Below, one piece after another: positions 19,418 through 30,227 of a DNA stretch of 57,988 nucleotides. The stretch is taken from the NCBI GenBank assembly GCA_002689455.1, contig NZGE01000002.1, positions 1 through 57,988 on the forward strand, in the 5' to 3' direction. The position numbers and the translations under genes are program-made. This stretch comes from Magnetococcales bacterium (GTDB taxonomy: Bacteria; Pseudomonadota; Alphaproteobacteria; UBA2136). The number at the start of each line of letters is the position of its first letter. Positions within the stretch are counted from its first letter, which is position 1. The notes under the pieces were generated by a model. That model had not been told where the DNA came from. It saw only the letters and a list, made by a program, of their open reading frames with translations, and did not search any database.

Positions 19418-19433
19418 TGCAATTTATGCGCCC
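19418..19433 (-). promoter_or_regulatory. candidate sigma54 promoter for the fliK-like gene
   Basis: The minus strand reads GGGCGC-ATAAA-TTGCA (GG-N10-GC). It overlaps the last codons of flhG, ~40 nt upstream of the ATG at 19379. Confidence 0.5.
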
Positions 19434-20224
19434 ATTCTGCTTACATTGTGACCTGTTGTACGGTTGCCGTATTCATTTGAAAGAACCTGAGCAATCTTCT
19501 CTATGGCTTGCGTTGCATCGCTGTTTGGAAATGCAATGCTTGTAAGCTGTTGAAGTTTTACAGCTGTGCTGTATTGTCTGTCATAAGGCACAATGCCCAT
19601 CAGTGGAACTTGAACATGCAGGAATTTTTCGGCTGCCATGCGAACTTTTGCAAAAGTGCTTTTACCTTCTGGCAATGAACCTGCTTGGTTAATGACAATT
19701 TCACAATTTTCTTTTTCATGCTTTGTTTTTAGAAGTTTAATAAGTGCGTAAGCATCGGTGATGGAACTTGGGTCTGGTGTTGTAACAAGAAACGTGCGGT
19801 CTGCAAATTTTGTAAAGCTTAAAACTTCGTTATCAATGCCAGCAGCAACATCTAAAAATACAAAGTCGTACGACCCTGCAATGTCACGTAAACGTTTTAG
19901 AACATCCCGTCTTTCAAGTGTGGTTAAGAATGGCTGTTTTTCAAACCCGCTGCGACCAGGGATAATATCAAAACCTTTTTCACTGCGTGCAATAATGTCT
20001 TCAAGGTTACAAAAGCCTTGAATAACATCGCTTAAATCTTTCATGGTACTTATGCCAAGCTGAACATCAATATTGGCAAGGCCAATATCGGCATCAAATA
20101 CAAGAACACGTTTGCCAAGCTTTGAAAGTTGATAACATAAGTTGAGTGTAAAACTTGTTTTACCGGCACCACCTTTACCACTAGCAATGGCAATAATAGG
20201 TGTTCTTTCAGTTGGGTTAATCAT
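19424..20224 (-). CDS. flhG: MinD/ParA-family flagellar number regulator FlhG (FleN)
   Basis: Deviant Walker A SGKGGAGKTS. The start at 20224 forms an ATGA overlap with the flhF stop. An alternative ATG is at 20239. Confidence 0.8.
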   Translation of the reverse strand: MINPTERTPIIAIASGKGGAGKTSFTLNLCYQLSKLGKRVLVFDADIGLANIDVQLGISTMKDLSDVIQGFCNLEDIIARSEKGFDIIPGRSGFEKQPFLTTLERRDVLKRLRDIAGSYDFVFLDVAAGIDNEVLSFTKFADRTFLVTTPDPSSITDAYALIKLLKTKHEKENCEIVINQAGSLPEGKSTFAKVRMAAEKFLHVQVPLMGIVPYDRQYSTAVKLQQLTSIAFPNSDATQAIEKIAQVLSNEYGNRTTGHNVSRMGA

Positions 20225-21261
20225 GCTTCTCTCTCCCATGGTAAGCGCGGTTTGCGCATTAATTTTTCAGCTAACATAGACGCATCTAGTTCAACAATGT
20301 CGTCTGGTACAGCTGTTCCATCTGTGATGTAACAAACTTTAAGGCCACTTGTAATAGCCACGTTTGTTAAACCGCCGAGGTAAGTTGTTTCGTCGAATTT
20401 TGTAAATAAAATAGTACTTGGGTGTAAGGCTGCAAGTGCTGCTGGCATGGCCGCCATTTCAAGTGGGTTTAATGAGGCTGGAAGCACAAGGTGCACAGTT
20501 GCATTTTGCAAGCCAATGGTTTCTAACCTTTTTTTCAAAGCGGTAACTTGTGCTGTGTTAAATACATTAATACCAGGTGTATCAATAAAAATGTAATCCT
20601 TATCACACACACTTTTTTGAAGTTCTTCCCAGTCTTCAGGCGTACGCATAAGGTGGGCATCTTCTTTGAGTGCGCTTGCAAAAATGGCCATTTGCTCATA
20701 GCCACCAATTTTTTGATTATCTAGTGTAACAAGTGCAATACTGTGTTTATCAATTTTTTTCTGTGCAGCGAGCTTGCAAACCGTTGTGCTTTTTCCCGCA
20801 CCTGTTGGGCCAACAAATACGTGGTATTTACCTTTTTCAATTGTTTTTGCAGGGGCTTCAAACGTAATCATTTTACCAAGAACCATATCCAAAGTATCAA
20901 GGTCATCAAAGCCTGTTTCAGCTAAGGCTTTTACGGCATTGTCTATGCGTTTGGAAATGTTTGGTAAAATGCCGTGTTTATCTAAAAGTTTTTGCAAGTC
21001 TGAAGCATTTTGTTCCAACACAGGGAAGTCATCTGGGATTTTTTCAAATGATTTTTGTGGTGATGGTGCTTGAACCGCACCATTTGTTGAACCTGTTTTT
21101 TGAACAGGTGTATCGGTTGCCGCAGTTACTTCAATTAAGCTTTCACCATTTTCGCCTTCAGTGCGGCGGTTGGCTAAAATAACAGCATCATCGCCCAGCG
21201 CTTCTTTTACAAGTGCTAGTGCGTCTGTCATATTTGCGGCTGTAAATCTTTTAATATGCAT
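20221..21261 (-). CDS. flhF: flagellar biosynthesis GTPase FlhF
   Basis: SRP-type GTPase motifs GPTGAGKSTT and DTPG, with a TKFDET-like G4. Upstream of flhG. Confidence 0.85.
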   Translation of the reverse strand: MHIKRFTAANMTDALALVKEALGDDAVILANRRTEGENGESLIEVTAATDTPVQKTGSTNGAVQAPSPQKSFEKIPDDFPVLEQNASDLQKLLDKHGILPNISKRIDNAVKALAETGFDDLDTLDMVLGKMITFEAPAKTIEKGKYHVFVGPTGAGKSTTVCKLAAQKKIDKHSIALVTLDNQKIGGYEQMAIFASALKEDAHLMRTPEDWEELQKSVCDKDYIFIDTPGINVFNTAQVTALKKRLETIGLQNATVHLVLPASLNPLEMAAMPAALAALHPSTILFTKFDETTYLGGLTNVAITSGLKVCYITDGTAVPDDIVELDASMLAEKLMRKPRLPWEREA

Positions 21262-21418
21262 ATAACGTAAAATCTCCCTAAGCTATATTAGCAAAAACCT
21301 ATATACTTTTGAAGAGCTACGCACCAAACTTCGCATATATTTTTTATCCCCCTGTGACTTGAAAATGACGCAAAGGTGCTTTACAACATAAATAACTTCT
21401 CAATTGGAGCTTTATCTT

Positions 21419-21826
21419 ATGTCCGTTTTAGCAAAACATTTACAGGGGATCCCTGTTAAAAACCACGAGATTTCCGTTCGAAATTCAGAAAGTAAACTTC
21501 AGAAAATGGCTCAAGTTGCTGTGAATTTTATACTTGAGCAATCCACTGAAAACTTAAAATCTTTAAGAGAAACTAAAAGCTACTGGGAAAGTTTTTTTAG
21601 TGATTGGATGGCTGACATTGAAATGAAAAAAGCTATCTTAGAAGCAATTGAAACAGGTAAGCGTTCACCCTTAAATATACACATTGGATATATTTGTGCG
21701 TTAGCTGAAAATGGTTGCGCTGAACCAAAAGATAAGTCACAACCGCAAAAGAAAAAGAAGCCTGAAGAGGTTTCTTTTTTAGATAAATTGAGGGCTTCTG
21801 GTAAGCCTTATTTTGGCTTTCATTAA
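21419..21826 (+). CDS. hypothetical protein (135 aa)
   Basis: ATG at 21419 with TGGAG 9 nt upstream (the ORF track starts at a TTG at 21404). Lys-rich C-terminus. No known motif. Confidence 0.45.
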   Translation: MSVLAKHLQGIPVKNHEISVRNSESKLQKMAQVAVNFILEQSTENLKSLRETKSYWESFFSDWMADIEMKKAILEAIETGKRSPLNIHIGYICALAENGCAEPKDKSQPQKKKKPEEVSFLDKLRASGKPYFGFH

Positions 21827-21837
21827 ACGTGTTTAAC

Positions 21838-21869
21838 GAAAAAAGACCTCCTTAACGGAGGTTTTTTTA
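21838..21869. terminator. bidirectional rho-independent terminator
   Basis: acctcc-ttaac-ggaggt flanked by an A-run and a T-run, between convergent genes. Confidence 0.7.
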
Positions 21870-23954
21870 TATGCTTGCAACAGTTTTAATTTTTATACGT
21901 GGGTGAATTTCAGCTTGTGACATAACGCTAATGGAAGGTAATGACCTTTCTATAACACTTCTTACAAAGGGGCGCATAGAAGGGGACGTTAATAGAACTG
22001 GCTGTATCCCGCTCATCATTTGTGTATCGAATATGTCGCGGGTACTTTTAATGAATTGCTGAACCTTGGTTGGTTCCATAGCCAATTGCCTTTCGTCACC
22101 ATCTATGTGAATAGATGCGCTAAATTCTTTTTCCCAAGCACCGCTTAAAGCAACGATATTAACAACACCTTCATGGTCTTGGTGGCTTGTGCAAATTTGG
22201 CGGCTTAGTCGTTGACGAACCATTTCTGTAAGTTGAGTAATGTTACGTGTGGTTTGAATACCATCGCTTAAGCTTTCGAGAATCGTTGGTAAATCACGAA
22301 TGGAAATACGCTCAGAAAGCAAGTTTTGTAATACTTTTTGTAGCATTGAAATGGTAATACTGTTTGGAATCAGATCATCAATGAGTTTGTCATGCTCGTG
22401 ACGAATTTCTTCTAAGAGTTTTTCAGTTTCATTACGTGTAAGAAGTTCGGCTAAGTTGTCTTTTACAATCTCTGTTAAGTGTGTGGTAATCACGGTTGCA
22501 CAGTCCACAACGGTGTAGCCGTTAAAACCAGCTTCTTCACGTTTGCTTTCATCAATCCATTTAGCAGGTAAGCCAAAGGTTGGTTCAATTGTTTCTTCAC
22601 CTTCCATTGGTGGTGCCGACCCTGTTGGATCCATTGCCATGAGTTTTGTTGGATGTAATGTACCAGAACCTGCCTTAATGTCTTTGATAGTAATTTGGTA
22701 GCCACCGCTATCTAGTTGCATGTTATCTTGAATACGAATGGATGGAACAACAAAGCCCATGTCTCTGGCCATTTGGCGGCGCATGGCTTTAATTTGTTCG
22801 GTTAGTTTTCCGCCTTTGGCTTCATCAATAAGTGTTAATAGTCCATAGCCAAGTTCTAGGCGTAAAGTGTCAATATGTAAAATGCTGGCAATAGGCTCTT
22901 CTTTTGGTTTTGCATTTTCTGCTTTCTCTTCATCGGCTTGCATTTGCTCTTGAACTGCTTCTTGCGCTGATTGGTTTTGGCTGTAATAAGCAAAACCACC
23001 TAAAGCACCTGCCATAAACCAAAATGGTAAAATAGGCATGTTTGGTAAAAGTGAAAGGAAGAACATCAAACCTGCTGCAACATATAGTGATTTTGGGTTG
23101 TCAGCAATTTGGCTAAAAATAGCTTCACCAGCAGAGCCTTTAGCACCAGACTTTGCAACTAAAATACCCGCTGATGTTGAAATGATAAGTGCAGGGATTT
23201 GAGCAACCAAACCATCGCCCACGGTTAAAAGCATATAACGGTCAGCGGCTTCACCTGCGGACATATCATGCGTTACAATGCCAATGCCCATGCCTACTGT
23301 AATGTTTAAGGCTGTAATAATTAAACCTGCAATGGCATCACCACGAACGAATTTACTGGCACCATCCATAGCACCAAAGAAACCTGTTTCTTGTTCTAGA
23401 TCGCTTCGGCGTTCACGTGCTTGGTCCTCTGTAATAAGGCCAGCATTCAAGTCGGCATCAATGGCCATTTGTTTCCCAGGAAGTGAATCAAGTGTAAAGC
23501 GGGCAGCAACCTCAGCAATACGACCAGAACCTTTGGTAATAACCACAAAATTCACAATCACCAAGATTAGGAAAATGATTAAACCAATAATAAATTGACC
23601 ACCCATAACCAGTTCGCCAAATGTTTCAATAATTTTACCAGCAGCGGCTTCGGTTTCATGACCTTTAGATAAAATAAGGCGCGTTGAAGCGACGTTAAGC
23701 GATAACCTAAGCATGGTGGTAATCAATAAAAGCATAGGGAAGGCACTAAATTCCATAGCTTTATCGACAAATAAAACGGTTAGAAGAACAACCACACCAG
23801 TGGTGATGTTGATGGTAAACATAAAGTCCAGCATACCAGCGGGAATTGGGACGAATAAAAGTGTTAGGATAAAAATTACCCCAAGTGCCAATACAATTTC
23901 ACTTTGTTTCGCCGCATTAACAAGGCCGTTTATGTCAAAATTTTTTGTCGTCAT
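21867..23954 (-). CDS. flhA: flagellar export apparatus protein FlhA
   Basis: 695 aa. N-terminal polytopic domain with the FVRGDAIAG motif and a large cytoplasmic C-domain. Confidence 0.95.
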   Translation of the reverse strand: MTTKNFDINGLVNAAKQSEIVLALGVIFILTLLFVPIPAGMLDFMFTINITTGVVVLLTVLFVDKAMEFSAFPMLLLITTMLRLSLNVASTRLILSKGHETEAAAGKIIETFGELVMGGQFIIGLIIFLILVIVNFVVITKGSGRIAEVAARFTLDSLPGKQMAIDADLNAGLITEDQARERRSDLEQETGFFGAMDGASKFVRGDAIAGLIITALNITVGMGIGIVTHDMSAGEAADRYMLLTVGDGLVAQIPALIISTSAGILVAKSGAKGSAGEAIFSQIADNPKSLYVAAGLMFFLSLLPNMPILPFWFMAGALGGFAYYSQNQSAQEAVQEQMQADEEKAENAKPKEEPIASILHIDTLRLELGYGLLTLIDEAKGGKLTEQIKAMRRQMARDMGFVVPSIRIQDNMQLDSGGYQITIKDIKAGSGTLHPTKLMAMDPTGSAPPMEGEETIEPTFGLPAKWIDESKREEAGFNGYTVVDCATVITTHLTEIVKDNLAELLTRNETEKLLEEIRHEHDKLIDDLIPNSITISMLQKVLQNLLSERISIRDLPTILESLSDGIQTTRNITQLTEMVRQRLSRQICTSHQDHEGVVNIVALSGAWEKEFSASIHIDGDERQLAMEPTKVQQFIKSTRDIFDTQMMSGIQPVLLTSPSMRPFVRSVIERSLPSISVMSQAEIHPRIKIKTVASI

Positions 23955-24175
23955 AGGATTGAGGGTAGCACAAAGATTTTCCTTTTTATATTTAAAGGCG
24001 CTTATATAAGCTTATTTTGAAGAGGCATGCATTGCAAAGCTGTCACGGTTTTTATAATAATTGAATTATGGATAATGCGAAGTGATTTGTATGCCAGTTA
24101 TTTTATTTCTGTTAAAAATAAACCAACCCCATTAGCACCTTTTGTGAGGTTTAAATAACAAGCGGGTTCAGCTTG

Positions 24176-25348
24176 TTATTCAAAGGCTTGTAAACCTGTT
24201 AAAGCTCTGCCAATAATTAAAGCATGAATATCTGCTGTACCTTCATAGGTTACAACCGCCTCAAGGTTCATGGCGTGGCGCATTACGTGGTATTCATCGT
24301 TTACACCATTTCCACCGTGCATGTCACGGGCAATACGTGCAATATCTAGTGCCTTTGTTGTGTTATTGCGTTTCGCATAACTGGTCATGTGGAAGTTGTC
24401 TTGACCTTTATCTTTTAAACGACCCAATTGAAGGGATAATAGTTTTCCAGTTGTAATTTCAGTGCTCATGTTTGCCAATTTAAATTGAATAAGCTGGTTT
24501 GCCGCGAGTGGTTTACCAAACTGTTTACGTTCTGATGTGTAATTTAACGCTTGTTCAAAGCAAAATTGTGCAGCCCCCATAGAACCCCATGAAATACCAT
24601 ATCTTGCACTGTTCAAGCAACTGAATGGTCCCTTAAGGCCTTTCACTTCGGGGAATTTATTTTCTTCAGGAACAAAAACATCCTGCATAACAATCATGCC
24701 CGTTTCAGATGCAAATAAAGAAAGCTTGCCTTCAATATGTGGGCAACTTAACCCCTCCATTCCCTTTTCAAGAACAAAGCCACGAATATCGCCATCATCA
24801 TCTTTTGCCCAAACAACTAAAACGTCGGCAATGGGGCTGTTTGTAATCCAAGTTTTTTCACCGTTTAAAAGGTAGCCGCCATCAACCTTCTTGGCACGTG
24901 TACGCATAGAAGCTGGGTCGGAGCCTGCATCGGGTTCTGTTAACCCAAACCAGCCAATAAATTCACCACTAGCAAGTTTTGGTAAATATTTTTGTTTTTG
25001 CTCTTCTGTACCAAATGTGTGAATCGGGTGCATAACCAGTGAACTTTGTACACTTAAAAATGAACGAAAGGCACTGTCGCAATATTCTACTTCATGGTTT
25101 ACAAGGCCGTAAGAAACATAGCCAAGGTTTAAGCAACCATACCCTTCTAATTGAAGGCCAAATAACCCCATTTCACCCATTTTTGCAGCTACTTCTTTAG
25201 GGAAGTAACGTTCGCGGTTGGCTTTCACAATAAGAGGTTGTAGTTCACCTGCCACAAATTCACGTGTGGCATCACGAAGCATGCGCTCATCATCAGTTAA
25301 GAGTGTGTCAAAAGCTAAAGGGTCTTGTGGGTTAAAAGGTGTCATCAT
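24176..25348 (-). CDS. gcdH: glutaryl-CoA dehydrogenase-like acyl-CoA dehydrogenase
   Basis: Acyl-CoA dehydrogenase fold. The N-terminus ([18 protein letters not shown]) and YEGT.DIH C-terminus resemble the GCDH subfamily. Confidence 0.7.
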   Translation of the reverse strand: MMTPFNPQDPLAFDTLLTDDERMLRDATREFVAGELQPLIVKANRERYFPKEVAAKMGEMGLFGLQLEGYGCLNLGYVSYGLVNHEVEYCDSAFRSFLSVQSSLVMHPIHTFGTEEQKQKYLPKLASGEFIGWFGLTEPDAGSDPASMRTRAKKVDGGYLLNGEKTWITNSPIADVLVVWAKDDDGDIRGFVLEKGMEGLSCPHIEGKLSLFASETGMIVMQDVFVPEENKFPEVKGLKGPFSCLNSARYGISWGSMGAAQFCFEQALNYTSERKQFGKPLAANQLIQFKLANMSTEITTGKLLSLQLGRLKDKGQDNFHMTSYAKRNNTTKALDIARIARDMHGGNGVNDEYHVMRHAMNLEAVVTYEGTADIHALIIGRALTGLQAFE

Positions 25349-25506
25349 TTAATGCTCATTTTTCATATTATTATTTAAACCATTTTATATAAAATATCAC
25401 GGTATTGCTAGAGGCGAAAAGTTTAATGCTTGTGGCTTAAGGTTTTGTGGCTTTAAATTAAATCAGGAGAAAGTACAGAACCTTAAAACTCATAAGCACC
25501 TTATAT

Positions 25507-26655
25507 TTATTCGTTTAATATACTACGTGAAATAACCAGTCTTTGTATTTCAGAAGTCCCTTCGCCAATTTGTAAAATGCGTTGGTCTCGCCAAAAGCGT
25601 TCTACAGGGTATTCTTTTATTAAGCCATAGCCACCATGAATTTGAATAGCTTTATCGGTTACTTCCCCTGCCATTTCAGTGCAAAAAAGTTTTGCCATAG
25701 CGGCTTCTTTACTAAACTTAAGGTGGGCATCACGCATGGCGCATACACTGTAAAGGTATGTTCTGGCATGTTCAATTTTCATATGCATGTCGGCAAGTTT
25801 AAAGGCAATATCTTGGAAGTGGGAAATAGGTTTCCCAAACTGCTTTCGCTCCTTTGAATAGGCAACAGCGGCTTCATAAGCACCTTGTGCTGCGCCTAAG
25901 GCCATGGCTGCAATGCCTAGTTTTCCACTGTCTAATGTTTGAAGCATTTGCTTAGATCCGTCACCTATCTTTCCTAGAATATGTGTGTCATCAACTTCTA
26001 CATCATCAAAATAAACTTCCGCTGTATCCGATGCACGCCACATCAATTTTTCATGGATTTGTTTTGTGGATAAACCTTTTGTACCAGCTTCAACAATGAA
26101 ACATGTAAGCTCAGGGGACCCGTCTTCATTTTCGCCTGTTTTTGCTTGAACTGTAATCCCTGCATTCATGCTGGTAGAAGCATTTGTAATAAAAATTTTT
26201 GAACCGTTAATAACCCATTTATCACCAACTTTTTTAGCGGTTGTTTGTGTACCACGTGAGTCAGACCCTGCATTGGGTTCTGTTAAGCCAAACGCCCAAA
26301 CTTTTTCACCTGTACAAAGGTTTGGTAAATATTTTTGCTTTTGTTCTTCATTGCCAAAGTAAACCAAGGGTCCACAGCCAAGGGAGTTATGGGCACAAGC
26401 TGTTGAAGCTTGTGAGCCGTCAACTCGTGCCAGTTCTTCCATGGCAATAACATAAGACAAAGTATCCATGCCATGCCCACCAAAACTTTCTGGAACATAA
26501 ATCCCAAATAAGCCCATTTCACCCATTTTACGTGTCAGGTCTTCGCTGAATTCTTCGTTGTCTTCTAGTTGAGCTGCAACAGGTTTAATTTCAGATTCAG
26601 CAAAACTTCTAACAGCATCACGTAGTAATTTGTGTTCTTCTTTAAGCATTTCCAT
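25507..26655 (-). CDS. acyl-CoA dehydrogenase (short/branched-chain type)
   Basis: GLTEPNAGSD, ...QIHGGYG..EYPVERFWRD..I.QIGEGTSEIQ signatures. Confidence 0.85.
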   Translation of the reverse strand: MEMLKEEHKLLRDAVRSFAESEIKPVAAQLEDNEEFSEDLTRKMGEMGLFGIYVPESFGGHGMDTLSYVIAMEELARVDGSQASTACAHNSLGCGPLVYFGNEEQKQKYLPNLCTGEKVWAFGLTEPNAGSDSRGTQTTAKKVGDKWVINGSKIFITNASTSMNAGITVQAKTGENEDGSPELTCFIVEAGTKGLSTKQIHEKLMWRASDTAEVYFDDVEVDDTHILGKIGDGSKQMLQTLDSGKLGIAAMALGAAQGAYEAAVAYSKERKQFGKPISHFQDIAFKLADMHMKIEHARTYLYSVCAMRDAHLKFSKEAAMAKLFCTEMAGEVTDKAIQIHGGYGLIKEYPVERFWRDQRILQIGEGTSEIQRLVISRSILNE

Positions 26656-26666
26656 TGTGTTTATCC

Positions 26667-29600
26667 TTATTGAATTTTAACTGATACTTTAGGGTTAAGC
26701 GTTGCCAATAAAGTGCGTTCTGTTTCTTTTGTTTTAATAAAATTCTCATGCTTAACAGGGCCAAAACCTTTGATGTTTTGTGGTAGGTTAAGCAATTCTA
26801 AAATTGTTTTTTCATTTTTAGCGTTCCATTTTTCTAAGCAAAAATCAAGCATGGCGAAATATTCATCACGTATTTGTTTTTCCAGTTTTCTGTCTTCGCT
26901 ATAACCAAAGACATCCAGTTTTGTGCCACGCAAACCTTTGAGGTGGCTGAGCAAACTGAAGACGGGCATAAGCCATGCGCCGACTTTTATTTTACGAGGG
27001 CGACCCGTAACATCTTTAAATGGGAGCATAGGCGGGGCAATGTTAAATTCAATTTTATATGAACCACTAAATTGTTTACGAAGTTTTTGTTTAAAGATGC
27101 CAGAGCTGTATAACCTTGCGACTTCATATTCATCTTTATAAGCCATCACTTTATATAAATTTTTTGCAACAGTTTCTGTAAGATCTTTGCTACCTATGGC
27201 TTTCACTTTTTCAAGGGTTTTACCATATCTATCAGCATATTCTTTGTTTTGGTAATCGCACAACAGTTGGTAGCGTGTATGAATAATGTCATCGGTTGTT
27301 TTTGAAAGAGGAATATCTACTCCTTTCTCAATTTGACCGTTTATTATTTCAATAACTTCATCAGGGTTGTACGCCATTAAACGTCCCCATGTAATGGCTT
27401 GTTTATTTGCATTGACGGCCACGCCATTTAATTCAATCGCTTTTTCAATGCTGGATAATTCTACAGGGATCAAACCCTTTTGAATGGCATAACCCAGTAT
27501 GAACATGTTTGTTGCTATGGCATCGCCCATCAATTTTGTTGCAATGCGTGTTGCGTCCAGCGTATCCATTTTTTCTGCATGAATGTGCTTTTGAAGGTCT
27601 TGTTCAATTTCATCTATATGGCTAGGTGACGAAGTATCTAAAGTGAAACTTGCAGTAGCAACATAATGGCTGTTGATAACTGCTTGAGTTTTATTTCTAT
27701 GAATATATCTTAAATTTTCGCCTGTGGCGCTGGTAATATTATCGCAGCCTAGAAGAAGGTCTGCTGATGCATTTGAAATGCGTACAGCATGAATATCTTT
27801 ACTGCTTTTTGCAATTTTAATATGGCTTGAAACAGCACCGTTTTTTTGTGAAAGACCTGTTTGGTCTAACACGGTTGTACCTTTGCCTTCAATATGGGCT
27901 GCCATGCCTAAAATAGCACCGATAGTCATCACGCCAGTGCCACCAATACCTGTAACAGCAATGTCATAAGTTCCTTGAATGGTTGCAGGTTTCGCAATTG
28001 GAAGCGCTTTGGAAAGGCTTTCTAGTTTTTCAGGCGCTACACGTGTTTTACGGATTTTTCCACCGTAAACAGTTACAAAGCTTGGGCAAAAACCTTTTAA
28101 GCATGAAAAATCTTTGTTGCAGGAGGACTGGTTAATTTGGCGTTTTCGTCCAAGTTCAGTTTCTTTAGGTTCAATGGCAACACAGTTTGATTGAACAGAG
28201 CAGTCACCACATCCTTCACACACATCATCGTTGATAAAAATACGTTTGTCAGGGTCGGGCATTAAGCCACGTTTACGGCGACGTCGCTTTTCCGCAGCAC
28301 ATGTTTGATCATAAATAATAACCGTTGTTCCATCTGTTTCTTTAAGTTCATTTTCAATGTTACTTAAATGGTCACGGTGCGCTATTTGAACCGTGGTTGG
28401 AAGTGTTTTGTTGATGGATTTGTATTTTTCAATATCATCGGAAACAATGTAAATTTTTTGCACACGTTCACCGAACAATTGCCATGCAATATCATGAACA
28501 GATGGACCACCTTCAACAGGCTGACCACCTGTCATAGCAACTGCGTCGTTATATAATATTTTGTATGTGATATTAACTTTAGAAGCCACAGCTGCACGAA
28601 TTGCTAAAATTCCACTATGTTCGTATGTGCCATCGCCTAAGTTTGCAAAAACGTGCATTTCTTTGGTGAAAGGTGCTTGCCCTAACCATTGAACACCTTC
28701 ACCGCCCATTTGGCTGAAAACTTCAGTGTTACGGTTCATCCACATGACCATAAAATGGCAACCAATTCCGGCAAGTCCACGGCTTCCTTTTGGAACTTTG
28801 GTCGATGTGTTATGCGGACAACCCGAACAGTAAAATGGCAAACGCATACTTTTATTGGTATGCTTTTCAAGCTCTTTTTGTTTCTGTTCAATAAGTTCAA
28901 TACGGTCTTTTATAATGTCCCCACGCTTTGTAAGGGGCAGGTGGTTATAAATAGCTTTGGCAATAATGGATGTGTTTAATTCACCGTGAATTGGAAGTTG
29001 TTCTTGCCCCTGTAAATTATCCTTACCCGAAATATTTGGTGAAAGCTTGGCATCAAACAAAATGCGTTTAATTTGCTCTTCTAAGGTAGGGCGCTTTTCT
29101 TCAATAACCAACAAGTTGGGGATGTCTTTACAAAAATCAAGTAAAGCGGTTTCTTCTAAAGGCCAAACCATGCCAACCTTGTAAAGGTGAATACCTAGCT
29201 TTTCTGCTTCAGCTTTTTCAATACCAAGTTCGGACAATGTTGTTATAACATCAAGGTAGCTTTTACCAGCGGTAATAATACCAAGTTCAGCTTTTCCTTT
29301 GTTCCAAATTTTTTGGTCTAACTTATTCGCTTTGGCAAATGCCTTTGCGGCTATATGCTTTTCTTTTAAGCGTTTTTCTTGGCTAAAACGGTTGTCACCA
29401 GAATGGGCATTTAAAATTTCACTTGTTTGGTGTTTTGGTGTTTTGGCTTGAGCGTATTTTTTAAGGGTTACACTCGCAGAACTTTCAACAATTTCGGCAA
29501 CACATTTAAGGCCTACAACACCACCTGTGTATCGGCTCATTTCAAAACCGCGCATACCAAATTCTAAATATTCTTCAATGGATGATGGGTAGATGGTTGG

Positions 29601-30116
29601 AATGTCAGCAGAAGCAAGTGCTTGTTCGCTTTGGTGCCCAAGAGTTGATGAAACACAAGCATGATCATCGCCTACTATGGCTAAGTACCCACCATTTTTA
29701 TCAGTACCTGCAGCGTGGGCATGTTTTAAACAATCAATTGAACGGTCAACACCAGGGCCTTTGCCATACCACATGCCAAAAACACCGTCGTATTCATGCC
29801 CTTCATAAAGTGTTCCAAGTTGACTTCCCCAAACAGCTGTTGCGCCAAGTTCTTCGTTAATGCCAGGTGTAAAAGTAATGTGGTTTTCTTTAAGAATTTT
29901 TTCAGCCGACCATAAAGTTTGGTCTAAACGTGCAAGGGGCGAACCACGGTAACCAGAAATAAACCCTGCGGTATTCAGCCCTAATGCTTCATCAGCCCAA
30001 CGTCTCATAAGTGGTAACCTTGCCAATGCTTGCGAGCCTGTTAGGAAGGCTTTTCCTTCTTTTAGGGTATATTTATCGTTTAATGTAACCGTACTTTTTA
30101 ATTGTTCTTTGCCCAT
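26667..30116 (-). CDS. indolepyruvate:ferredoxin oxidoreductase family protein (fused alpha-beta, 1149 aa)
   Basis: TPP-binding GDGTYEHSG and ferredoxin-like CEGCGDCSVQSNC. Size and layout match the fused proteobacterial IOR family. Confidence 0.85.
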   Translation of the reverse strand: MGKEQLKSTVTLNDKYTLKEGKAFLTGSQALARLPLMRRWADEALGLNTAGFISGYRGSPLARLDQTLWSAEKILKENHITFTPGINEELGATAVWGSQLGTLYEGHEYDGVFGMWYGKGPGVDRSIDCLKHAHAAGTDKNGGYLAIVGDDHACVSSTLGHQSEQALASADIPTIYPSSIEEYLEFGMRGFEMSRYTGGVVGLKCVAEIVESSASVTLKKYAQAKTPKHQTSEILNAHSGDNRFSQEKRLKEKHIAAKAFAKANKLDQKIWNKGKAELGIITAGKSYLDVITTLSELGIEKAEAEKLGIHLYKVGMVWPLEETALLDFCKDIPNLLVIEEKRPTLEEQIKRILFDAKLSPNISGKDNLQGQEQLPIHGELNTSIIAKAIYNHLPLTKRGDIIKDRIELIEQKQKELEKHTNKSMRLPFYCSGCPHNTSTKVPKGSRGLAGIGCHFMVMWMNRNTEVFSQMGGEGVQWLGQAPFTKEMHVFANLGDGTYEHSGILAIRAAVASKVNITYKILYNDAVAMTGGQPVEGGPSVHDIAWQLFGERVQKIYIVSDDIEKYKSINKTLPTTVQIAHRDHLSNIENELKETDGTTVIIYDQTCAAEKRRRRKRGLMPDPDKRIFINDDVCEGCGDCSVQSNCVAIEPKETELGRKRQINQSSCNKDFSCLKGFCPSFVTVYGGKIRKTRVAPEKLESLSKALPIAKPATIQGTYDIAVTGIGGTGVMTIGAILGMAAHIEGKGTTVLDQTGLSQKNGAVSSHIKIAKSSKDIHAVRISNASADLLLGCDNITSATGENLRYIHRNKTQAVINSHYVATASFTLDTSSPSHIDEIEQDLQKHIHAEKMDTLDATRIATKLMGDAIATNMFILGYAIQKGLIPVELSSIEKAIELNGVAVNANKQAITWGRLMAYNPDEVIEIINGQIEKGVDIPLSKTTDDIIHTRYQLLCDYQNKEYADRYGKTLEKVKAIGSKDLTETVAKNLYKVMAYKDEYEVARLYSSGIFKQKLRKQFSGSYKIEFNIAPPMLPFKDVTGRPRKIKVGAWLMPVFSLLSHLKGLRGTKLDVFGYSEDRKLEKQIRDEYFAMLDFCLEKWNAKNEKTILELLNLPQNIKGFGPVKHENFIKTKETERTLLATLNPKVSVKIQ

Positions 30117-30227
30117 TTAAAAACTTTCATTATTCGAAGAATATGGAAGCATAAAAAAAGAATCATAGCAATGAAATTGCATGTTTAGGCATTTAAAAAT
30201 ATGTGGTATTTAAGCTTAAACTAGAAT

